A DNA stretch of 34,193 nt from an uncultured Bacteroidia bacterium (GTDB taxonomy: Bacteria > Bacteroidota > Bacteroidia > Bacteroidales > UBA932), in contig CACXHM010000061.1 of NCBI GenBank assembly GCA_902767465.1, positions 1 through 34,193 of the forward strand, given 5' to 3'. Every line of letters begins with the position of its first letter. Positions within the stretch are counted from its first letter, which is position 1. The notes under the pieces were generated by a model, which was not told the origin of the DNA, searched no databases, and saw nothing but the letters and a program-made list of their open reading frames with translations. A program made the position numbers and the translations under genes. Below are positions 26,228 through 34,193 of this stretch, piece by piece.

Positions 26228-29200
26228 ATGCTAAAACGTTTATTTATGGCGGTGCTCGCCTTTACCATGATATGGGGAGGTGAGCGGGCGTTCGCCCAGA
26301 ATGCGGTTTCCGGAAAGGTAACCGACTCCTCCGGCGAACCCATTGTCGGAGCAGGTATCCTCATCAAGGGAACGACCTCCGGCACCACTACAGACCTGGA
26401 CGGAAACTGGCACCTGACAAATGTCAGAACCGGAGCCGTCCTTGAGTTTTCCAGCATCGGCTATGCCACCACGCAGGTAACCGTAGGCAGTGCCCAGCAA
26501 TACAATGTCATCTTGAAAGAGGACGCCCTTTACCTGGACGACGTAGTTGTCATAGGATACGGTTCGGCAAAACGCAAGGACCTCACAGGATCCATCGCCC
26601 AGGTCAACGGAGACCTGATTGCAGCCACGAATGCATCTTCGGCATCGAAGGCTCTCGAAGGAGCTATTCCCGGCCTCGTATTCTCCATCGTGGACGGCCA
26701 GCCCGGTGTTGATGCAGGAATCCGTGTCCGCGGTCTGGGGTCGACCAATGCAGGCTATTCAAATGCTCTCGTGGTCATTGACGGCGTTCCCGCACAGACC
26801 GAAAACCCTCTCTCACAGCTCAGCCAGGAAGACATTGCCTCCGTCACCGTACTTAAAGATGCTGCTTCAACTGCAATCTACGGATCACGAGGCGCCAACG
26901 GCGTAGTGCTCGTAACTACAAAGAAGGGAGAATCCGGAAAGACCAAAGTCGGCTTTCAGGCAAGATGGGGAGTTAATACCGTGGGTTCATATGATGTAGG
27001 GCAGCTTTCCACTTCGAAAGACATTTATGAATACATGTGGCGTTCGATTTACAACTCCTACCGCTACGGCTACGACGGAGCCCCTAAACTCGACAACGAC
27101 ACAGGCCAGTACGTCACCAATCTCAATGGTTCCATTACTCATGAAGATGCAGCCAAATTTGCCAGCCAGCACCTGTTCGACTATATCGGAAGCAACACTT
27201 CTTTCGGCCGCAACGCCCTTGGCAACTATCTTGCATACAGCGTGCCCGGACTGGATTTCGATACCATTACGCATACGGGCACCGGAGCCACCCTGTCCGG
27301 CACTATTCCGGAAGGGGCATATCTCGTTGGTCTTGACGGCAAACTGAATCCGAAGGCAAAGCTCCTGTACGATGACACTTATGCCGACCAACTGCTGAAA
27401 GCAGGGTTCCGCCAGCAGTACGACATCACCGCAAGCGGCGGCAACGAAAAGGAGAACCATTATTTTTCTTTCGGATACCTGAGCGACCCTTCATATATTC
27501 CGAATTCCAAATTCGACCGCGTCACAGGACGTGCCAACGTCAACGCCCAGTTGTTCAAATGGCTCAAAATGGGAGCGAATATCAACTTTACCCGTTCGAA
27601 AACCGACTACATGGGCGGTGCCTGGGCAGGACGGAACGCAGGTTCCAACCAGGGATCTATTCCCCGTTTCGTAAACGGTCACGGTGCCATCAATCCGTTC
27701 TACGCTCATGATGCACAGGGCAATTTCATATATGATGCCGACGGTAAAAAGGTCCGCAACGTCTATGCCGACGACACCTATTCTCCTTTCGGTCCTTCCG
27801 CAGGAAACTATGGCAGAACCGATATCTGGTATGCCCTTCAGCACGATGTCCGTCAAGATCTTACCAAGACGCTCAACACCCGCACCTATGCGGAGATTCC
27901 TTTTCTGGATCACTTTACCTACAGGTTCGATTTTTCGTACGACCTCATCAACAACATGATGACCCGATACCATAACGGTACCGCAGGGCGCGCGGACTAT
28001 GTGAGAGAAGGAGGATACTGGGGCAAACGCATGTACGAAACCCAGATCTACAATATCCAGAACAGGCTCACCTATGTGCAGGACTTCGGCAGACACCACG
28101 TGGATGCAATAGCTCTTACGGAATACAACGACTGGTTCCAGGAATACGTAGGCTGGGGAACATACAAGGAACTGTATCCAAATCTTCTTAAACCCGGCAA
28201 CTTCGTCGGACGTTTCGGAGCATGGACCGGCAGCGCCCCCTCTTATGCCTACAACTACGATATAGAAAGGATGATGTCCTATCTCGGCCGTGCCAACTAC
28301 ATATATGATGAGAAGTACTACGCCTCGGCATCGTTCCGCCGCGACGGTTCATCGAAGTTCCGCGCAGCCAACCGCTGGGGCAACTTCTGGAGCGTGGGTG
28401 CCGGATGGCGCTTTTCCAGGGAATCCTTCATGGACGGAACTGAAGACTGGCTCACCAACGGCAAGCTCCGCTTAAGTTATGGCGTAATAGGAAACTCCGC
28501 CGGCATAGGCCGTTATGCCACCTATCAGACCTGGAATTACGGTGCCACTTACAACGAGACCACAGGACCGGGCGGCACTCCCAATACCACTACGATGTCG
28601 ATGCGCAATTTCATCAACACCTCGCTCACCTGGGAGAACACCAACACTCTCGACCTCGGTCTCGACCTTACCCTTTTCAACAGGGTGGACCTCACCGTGG
28701 ACTACTTCAACAGGGTAACCGTCAACTCCTACTTCGACCAGCCGATGAACTATCTTGCCACCGGACAGACTTCCCTGCTGCAAAACTGCGCGGAGCTCAC
28801 TAACCGGGGTATAGAAATCGACATCAACGTCGACATCATCCGCACCCGCGACTGGAGATGGAACGTCAATCTCAACGCAACCCACTATAACACCATTCTT
28901 ACAGGTCTTCCCGACGACGCGATTCCCACACACGTAGAAGGTCTTCCCAAGGGCACCTGGGAAGCCGGTTCGGGCGAAGCCTGGGGCGCCAGCGGAGGTT
29001 CCGGACAGGCGCAGCACTCCTTCCTCCGCGGAATCGGACGCGACTGGTACAACCTCTATATGTTCAGCTACGCCGGAATCGACCAGAAGACGGGGCTCCC
29101 GATGTATTGGAAGACCATACAGAAGAAAGACATCGAAGCCGATGAGGCAAGAGTAGCAGAAGGAGGGTCGGCCTGGTACGCCGGAAAGAAGATCGGCGAC

Positions 29201-29818
29201 AAGGTTAAGACTACCAATTATGCCGAAGCCACCAAACAGGAAGTGGGAGACGCCCTTCCCGAACTGGTGGGAGGTTTCAACACTACGGTAAGCTGGAGAA
29301 ACTGGAGCCTTACCGCACAGTTCGCATACCAGATCGGCGGCAAATTCTTCCTCCGTGACTATGCACAGTATCTATACAACCCGACAATAAACACCACGCT
29401 CTGGTACAGGACCATGCTGCCTTCGCAGAAAGTCAAAGGCAATACCTGGACTCCTGACAACAAGGGCGCCGACTTCCCCATGCAATGGTATCCCGCCAAC
29501 GGAGCCACAGCATTCTCCGGGACCTCTACTGCCAACCAGAACTGGAACTTTACCGACAGGGCCCTCTTCGACGCTTCATATCTGCGTCTCAAGAACATCA
29601 CTTTGGGATATACCGCTCCCAAGGCCTTCTTCAGAAAACTCGGGCTCGACTTCATCAGCGGTCTCCGCGTATTCGCGTCCGCAGACAATCTCTTCCTTCT
29701 TTCCGCGGCAAAGGGTCTCGACCCTGCGATGTCCATCCAGGGAGGATATGCCGATGTCGATGAGTACATCTTCCCCGCAATGCGGTCTTATACCTTCGGA
29801 ATCAACCTTGACTTCTAA
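26228..29818 (+). CDS. susC: SusC/RagA family TonB-dependent transporter
   Basis: Signal peptide, plug motif LKDAASTAIYGSRGANGVVLVTTKKG, SFRRDGSSKF, LTWE, YLRLKNITLGY, C-terminal FGINLDF. Confidence 0.98.
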   Translation: MLKRLFMAVLAFTMIWGGERAFAQNAVSGKVTDSSGEPIVGAGILIKGTTSGTTTDLDGNWHLTNVRTGAVLEFSSIGYATTQVTVGSAQQYNVILKEDALYLDDVVVIGYGSAKRKDLTGSIAQVNGDLIAATNASSASKALEGAIPGLVFSIVDGQPGVDAGIRVRGLGSTNAGYSNALVVIDGVPAQTENPLSQLSQEDIASVTVLKDAASTAIYGSRGANGVVLVTTKKGESGKTKVGFQARWGVNTVGSYDVGQLSTSKDIYEYMWRSIYNSYRYGYDGAPKLDNDTGQYVTNLNGSITHEDAAKFASQHLFDYIGSNTSFGRNALGNYLAYSVPGLDFDTITHTGTGATLSGTIPEGAYLVGLDGKLNPKAKLLYDDTYADQLLKAGFRQQYDITASGGNEKENHYFSFGYLSDPSYIPNSKFDRVTGRANVNAQLFKWLKMGANINFTRSKTDYMGGAWAGRNAGSNQGSIPRFVNGHGAINPFYAHDAQGNFIYDADGKKVRNVYADDTYSPFGPSAGNYGRTDIWYALQHDVRQDLTKTLNTRTYAEIPFLDHFTYRFDFSYDLINNMMTRYHNGTAGRADYVREGGYWGKRMYETQIYNIQNRLTYVQDFGRHHVDAIALTEYNDWFQEYVGWGTYKELYPNLLKPGNFVGRFGAWTGSAPSYAYNYDIERMMSYLGRANYIYDEKYYASASFRRDGSSKFRAANRWGNFWSVGAGWRFSRESFMDGTEDWLTNGKLRLSYGVIGNSAGIGRYATYQTWNYGATYNETTGPGGTPNTTTMSMRNFINTSLTWENTNTLDLGLDLTLFNRVDLTVDYFNRVTVNSYFDQPMNYLATGQTSLLQNCAELTNRGIEIDINVDIIRTRDWRWNVNLNATHYNTILTGLPDDAIPTHVEGLPKGTWEAGSGEAWGASGGSGQAQHSFLRGIGRDWYNLYMFSYAGIDQKTGLPMYWKTIQKKDIEADEARVAEGGSAWYAGKKIGDKVKTTNYAEATKQEVGDALPELVGGFNTTVSWRNWSLTAQFAYQIGGKFFLRDYAQYLYNPTINTTLWYRTMLPSQKVKGNTWTPDNKGADFPMQWYPANGATAFSGTSTANQNWNFTDRALFDASYLRLKNITLGYTAPKAFFRKLGLDFISGLRVFASADNLFLLSAAKGLDPAMSIQGGYADVDEYIFPAMRSYTFGINLDF

Positions 29819-29823
29819 AGAAT

Positions 29824-31452
29824 ATGAAAAGATATTTTACTTACATCCCCGCATTGGTTGCAGCATTGTTGGCAGCATCCTGCAATACGCTTGACGTAAC
29901 CAATCCCTACTACCTCACCGACGAGGAAGTAACAAAATTGCTGGAAGGCGACGATGCCAATGCAGAGGCCATGATACTGACGGGTGTCGGCAACACCCTT
30001 AACACCTACTTCAACATCGCCGGGCAGTCTTGGAGCGGCTATTCCGATGTCGACCGGAACTCCCAGGTGGACCAGGATTTCCTGATGTGCTTGCGAGGGA
30101 ACGACGCTTACATAGGAAACATAGTAACTGCTACTTCCCATCACGCAACGGCATACAAAATCGACGACGGAGCCACTTACAAGACGGACCGCCGCAGCTG
30201 GCCCTATTTTGCAATCAGCGGAATGCAGCTCACAGCAGCCAACAAGGTCCTGCGGTTCATGACTGCAGATGCCGCTGCCACAAGCGACGAAATTGCAGCA
30301 TTCCGCGGACAGGCCCTTACGCTCCGCGCCTATTCTTACATGCAGCTGATGGAAAAATTCCATCCCGCTTATCTGCAGGGCGGCAAGGACGGCAGGGGAA
30401 TGCCCATATATACCGACTATGCATTGAACAAGCCGGTGCCCATTTCCTCTGCGGCCGCCACCTATAAGTTCATCCTCGACGACCTCGAAGAAGCGGTTCG
30501 TCTGCTCGACGACATGGGATACACCGCAGAGCCAAACGACATCGACCTCGGGGTTGCACAGTTTCTGCTGGCAAGGGCAGCCCTCGAAGCCGGTGAATGG
30601 GAGACCGCAAAGACGGCAGCCCAGGATATAGTAGACCACTTCCCCACCCTGATATCGGAAGCGAACTATGGAGCAAAAGCGGCCGACTTTGCGGGATACT
30701 GTGCAGAAACGAAAGACCTCAAGGTCGAAGACAATGCATTCCAGACCCTTGGCAACAATCCCGAGGTAATAATGGGCTTCGTAAACGGATCCAACGCCAA
30801 CACCTACACCAACAGTTTCTGCAACGTGTTCGCTCCCGGATATGCCGGATATAGCGAAGAAGCCCCATGCATCGACAAGCGTCTCTACGACCTGATTGCC
30901 GACGATGATTTCCGAAAGGACATCTTCACCACTGCTTCCGGCAATTACGACTATATCACCGATGATGCAGGAACCATGATTTATACCCGGACCATCCCTG
31001 AGTATGCCAACCTCAAATGGGCGGCCACGATCGCAAAGGGACGGGACTCCAGGACCAATCATTTCGAATGCGACAATATTATCTTCCGCGCATCCGAGGC
31101 TTATCTGATGCTGGCCGAGGCATATGCCCAGGATGGCAAGGACAGCCAGGCCAAAGATGTCCTGGATCTGCTTCTGAGGGCCCGCACCAAGGCAGGGCAA
31201 CCCACGCTCTCCTGTGCAGGCTACCCGTCTATGAGCGGAATGACCGCCCTGCAGATGGTGCAGATTCAAACCAGGATTGAACTATGGCTCGAAGGTGGCC
31301 GCGAATTCTACAACAACAAGCGCTGGGGCATAGTTGTCGACCGTTCAACTTCTCCCAATCATTATTGGAAAGACAATGGTCTCACTCTGGCCCAGATGGT
31401 GCTTGAAATCCCAGTCAACGAAAAACAGACCAACACACATTGGGCGGATTAA
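29824..31452 (+). CDS. susD: SusD/RagB family outer-membrane lipoprotein
   Basis: Lipobox AASC; GQALTLRAYSYMQL...GMPIY; FRASEAYLMLAEA; RIELWLEG..FYNNKRW; immediately follows susC. Confidence 0.93.
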   Translation: MKRYFTYIPALVAALLAASCNTLDVTNPYYLTDEEVTKLLEGDDANAEAMILTGVGNTLNTYFNIAGQSWSGYSDVDRNSQVDQDFLMCLRGNDAYIGNIVTATSHHATAYKIDDGATYKTDRRSWPYFAISGMQLTAANKVLRFMTADAAATSDEIAAFRGQALTLRAYSYMQLMEKFHPAYLQGGKDGRGMPIYTDYALNKPVPISSAAATYKFILDDLEEAVRLLDDMGYTAEPNDIDLGVAQFLLARAALEAGEWETAKTAAQDIVDHFPTLISEANYGAKAADFAGYCAETKDLKVEDNAFQTLGNNPEVIMGFVNGSNANTYTNSFCNVFAPGYAGYSEEAPCIDKRLYDLIADDDFRKDIFTTASGNYDYITDDAGTMIYTRTIPEYANLKWAATIAKGRDSRTNHFECDNIIFRASEAYLMLAEAYAQDGKDSQAKDVLDLLLRARTKAGQPTLSCAGYPSMSGMTALQMVQIQTRIELWLEGGREFYNNKRWGIVVDRSTSPNHYWKDNGLTLAQMVLEIPVNEKQTNTHWAD

Positions 31453-31465
31453 CTCAAAACGAATT

Positions 31466-31819
31466 ATGAAACGGTTTTTATCTATATTTTTAGCTGCCAT
31501 TCTCGCACCCCTTGCATTCTTTGCCTGCGAGCAGGATGAGAACATTGTAGTAAAGCAGCCTACGGGTATCTCCGTCAGCCCCGACATACTGACCATTTCG
31601 CAGCATGAGGTGTCAGCACTCAAGGCAGACATAACTCCGAAAGATGCTACCAGCAACCTGGTTATCTGGGAGACCTCCGACAAGGACGTCGCCACCGTGA
31701 GCAAATTCGGAATAGTTGAAGGTATCAATCCAGGCACTGCAAACATCACTGCAACAACTTCCAATCGGAAATTCTCAGCAACATGCACAGTTACGGTACT
31801 TTCTGCAGAAACGCCGTAA
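31466..31819 (+). CDS. Small lipoprotein with single bacterial Ig-like (Big_2) domain
   Basis: ATG 31466 MKRFLSIFLAAILAPLAFFAC; LKADITPKDATSNLVIWETSDKDVATVSKFGIVEGINPGTANITATT...ATCTVTV. Confidence 0.88.
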   Translation: MKRFLSIFLAAILAPLAFFACEQDENIVVKQPTGISVSPDILTISQHEVSALKADITPKDATSNLVIWETSDKDVATVSKFGIVEGINPGTANITATTSNRKFSATCTVTVLSAETP

Positions 31820-31853
31820 CAGTCCGACAAGGATCATCCGCTGACTGAAAAGG

Positions 31854-31883
31854 AAGCCGGCCCGCGAGGCCGGCTTTTTATTT
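31854..31883 (+). terminator. Intrinsic terminator of second susCD operon
   Basis: AAGCCGGCC-CGCGA-GGCCGGCTT followed by TTTATTT. Confidence 0.85.
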
Positions 31884-31912
31884 GCTTTTAAGGAGCGGAT
31901 TTAGTACTTTTA
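31881..31912 (+). promoter_or_regulatory. Candidate promoter for GH31 gene
   Basis: TTTG (31881-31884), 20-nt spacer, TACTTTTA (31905-31912; one mismatch to TAnnTTTG). Confidence 0.5.
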
Positions 31913-31930
31913 CGCAAAACTGTAATCAAT

Positions 31931-34193
31931 ATGAAAAAAATTCTTGCAGCAAGCCTTGTTGCACTTTTTGCGGCCCTCTCAACAAGTGCCGAGAACTTCT
32001 CACACGGCATTGCCACCGATAACGGTCTCTATATAGGTGTGCAGGCATGTACAGACAATATCTTCCATATACAGGTCTCCATGCGTCCTCATGAGTTCTT
32101 TTCGCAGTCGCTCATGAACCGCTACGGGATAGTGCGAAACGACTGGCCGGAGGGAGCCGGCCAGGCTTCTTCCGAAAACGGGGGCAGGACTTTTGTGTAC
32201 AGCACGTCTAAAGGAGCAATCACCGTATCCAGGGGGGACGGAGAGATTTCACTGCGCGATGCCGACGGAAAGGTTGCAGTGCGCAGCATTGTTTTCCATA
32301 AAGGCGGCAGTGCAGAGGTCAAGACCCTGTCGGAAGCCATCATCGACAAATTCGGCGGTCTGGTGGTTGCAAAGAACGACGGCATCATAGGTGACGACAA
32401 CAACGCCAGGAACAAACGCGACCTTTCAGAAGCCGGCGACCCGGCCGCATCCAGCATCATATCGCTCAGCATGGAAGACGGGGAGCGTTTCTATGGAGGC
32501 GGCAGCACTTCGCGCGAGCATATCCAACACCGTGGAGAGATGCTCCGAATGTGGACCGCATACCAGCACACGGAGATTCCCATGCCCTTCATGATGAGTT
32601 CAAGGGGCTGGGGCATCTACAACAACACCAGCCGCAAATGTCATTTCGACGTGGGCTGCACGGACGCTCAGCGTTTCAACATCTACAACACCTTCGACGA
32701 AGCCGACTTCTATTTGATGCTAGGCACCGACATGCCATCCGTGCTCGAGCTGTACACACAGATTACAGGCCGGAATTATGTCCTGCCACGCTGGGCCTAC
32801 GGATTTGCGTTTGGACCGAACATGCGCGAAGACCAGTGGGCAATACTGAGCGATGCCGCTTCTTTCAGGGCCATGGATGTGCCCGTAGATATCTTCTGGC
32901 TTGAACCGCAGTGGATGGAAAAACGCTATGATTTTTCCACCTCGAAAAAATGGAATTACGACCGTTTCTCGCCCGAACCTTACTGGAAACAGGACGAATA
33001 TCCCAAGAAGTACTATCCGCGCCTATTCGTAGGAAAACTGGCCAGCATGGGCATACGGCTCGGCCTGTGGCTATGCGAAGAGTACGATCACAGCATAATT
33101 GAAGAAGACCTGATTGCCTCCCGTGAGGGCAGGCCTCTCTCCGGCAAGGAGCACTGGCCGGACCATCTTCGAACCTTTATGGACATGGGGGTGGCCGGAT
33201 TCAAGCTCGACCCCGCCCGCACCATCGATGAGCATGCAAACTGGAAATACTATAACGGCCTTACAGATAAGGAGATGCATAATATCAACCAGGTTCTGCT
33301 CACAAAACAGATTGCATCCATGACCCGCGACCATACAGGCAAACGCAGCTGGCACCACTACTGCGGCGGATGGGCAGGCAGCCAGCACTGGACCGCAGCC
33401 AACAGCGGCGACAACGGCGGCGGGCTCGTAGCCCTCTACGACCAGCACAATCTCGGCAACTCAGGCTTTATGAACCTCAGCTGCGACATAATGAGCGTGC
33501 CGCGCGAACAGGAGATGCAGGGCCTGCATTTCGGCATCTTCCTGCCCTGGGTTCAGGTAAACAGCTGGTTCAGCATGATGCAGCCTTTCTACTATTCGGG
33601 AGTTGAGAAGGAGATGTACAGGTTCTATGTGAAACTGCGCTATAATTTCATTCCTTACATCTATTCGAATGCCCTGGAAGGGATGCTCACGGGAATGCCC
33701 ATGGTGCGCTCCATGCCGCTGGAATTTCCCGACGACCGCAACTGCGACGACATGGCCCTCCAGTATATGTTCGGACACCAATACTGCGTGAGCGCCTTCA
33801 GCAACGACATTTATCTCCCTGCAGGAGAATGGATCAACGTTTGGACAGGCGAACTCGTGGACAGCAAAGGGCAGACGGTTTCCACCGCCATTCCACGCAA
33901 CCGGGCCGGACAGTTCTTTGTGCGCAACGGGGCCATCGTTCCCACGATGCCGGATGTGGAATATATAGGTACGGAACCGATAAAAGATTATATCATAAAG
34001 GTTTATCCACATGGACAGACCTCCTTCACCATGTATGATGATGACGGGGAAAGTTACGCATACGAGCAAGGGGCTGTCTGTTCCACGCTCTTCGAATGCA
34101 CCCAGCAGGGACGCGGCATAGAAGTGCGCGTAAATCCCGTGAAGGGAAGCTATGAAGGCATGCCCGAGGAACGAAATTACGCTTTCGACATCC
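31931..34193 (+). CDS. GH31 family alpha-glycosidase (3' end outside window)
   Basis: Manual translation from ATG 31931: signal peptide MKKILAASLVALFAALSTSA; ERFYGGG, IPMPFMMSSRGWG, YTQITG..VLPRWAYG, AGFKLD (nucleophile), NSGDN (acid/base), LRYNFIPYIYS, GMPMVRSMPLEFPDD, QYMFG, MYDDDGESYAYEQG. Not in the ORF track because it has no stop in the window. Confidence 0.93.
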   Translation, partial: MKKILAASLVALFAALSTSAENFSHGIATDNGLYIGVQACTDNIFHIQVSMRPHEFFSQSLMNRYGIVRNDWPEGAGQASSENGGRTFVYSTSKGAITVSRGDGEISLRDADGKVAVRSIVFHKGGSAEVKTLSEAIIDKFGGLVVAKNDGIIGDDNNARNKRDLSEAGDPAASSIISLSMEDGERFYGGGSTSREHIQHRGEMLRMWTAYQHTEIPMPFMMSSRGWGIYNNTSRKCHFDVGCTDAQRFNIYNTFDEADFYLMLGTDMPSVLELYTQITGRNYVLPRWAYGFAFGPNMREDQWAILSDAASFRAMDVPVDIFWLEPQWMEKRYDFSTSKKWNYDRFSPEPYWKQDEYPKKYYPRLFVGKLASMGIRLGLWLCEEYDHSIIEEDLIASREGRPLSGKEHWPDHLRTFMDMGVAGFKLDPARTIDEHANWKYYNGLTDKEMHNINQVLLTKQIASMTRDHTGKRSWHHYCGGWAGSQHWTAANSGDNGGGLVALYDQHNLGNSGFMNLSCDIMSVPREQEMQGLHFGIFLPWVQVNSWFSMMQPFYYSGVEKEMYRFYVKLRYNFIPYIYSNALEGMLTGMPMVRSMPLEFPDDRNCDDMALQYMFGHQYCVSAFSNDIYLPAGEWINVWTGELVDSKGQTVSTAIPRNRAGQFFVRNGAIVPTMPDVEYIGTEPIKDYIIKVYPHGQTSFTMYDDDGESYAYEQGAVCSTLFECTQQGRGIEVRVNPVKGSYEGMPEERNYAFDI

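Noticed and set aside
31334-31465. N-terminal extension of the Big_2 ORF and the antisense 31345-31830 ORF
   Set aside because: The extension overlaps susD; the lipoprotein signal begins at 31466; the antisense ORF is a mirror with no support.
31934-31940. Short poly-A run at the GH31 start (and A-rich 23641-23660) as phase-variation tracts
   Set aside because: Runs of about 7 nt that simply encode MKK or FFVLF in signal peptides; too short and common to support slippage.

Overview
A Bacteroidales chromosomal segment, densely coding, that forms one large polysaccharide/glycoprotein-utilisation region next to the housekeeping gene ftsY (partial, left edge, not in the ORF track). Minus-strand operon 13028->573: SusC, SusD, DUF4959/5126/5000-type lipoprotein, DUF4998-type lipoprotein, BACON-SGNH (DUF4886-type) lipoprotein and a fimbrillin-like/GLUG lipoprotein. 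Divergent plus-strand pair: S8 protease (lipobox plus T9SS-like C-terminal domain) and a sialate O-acetylesterase-type esterase. Convergent minus-strand trio: DUF4988-stalk metallophosphoesterase, GH29 fucosidase, DUF4965 'glutaminase-like' protein. Then plus strand: GH92 mannosidase, a perfect 16-bp-arm palindrome, a second SusC/SusD, a small Big_2 lipoprotein, a terminator, and an atypical GH31 running off the right edge (also not in the ORF track). No RNA gene, CRISPR array, transposase, integrase, reverse transcriptase or transcriptional regulator was recognised. Best leads: a possible two-component type V pilus-like display module in the first operon, the 34-bp palindrome before the second susC, two compact divergent promoter pairs implying leaderless mRNAs, and an FtsY apparently lacking helix N1. 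All family calls come from motif recognition by eye; no searches were run.
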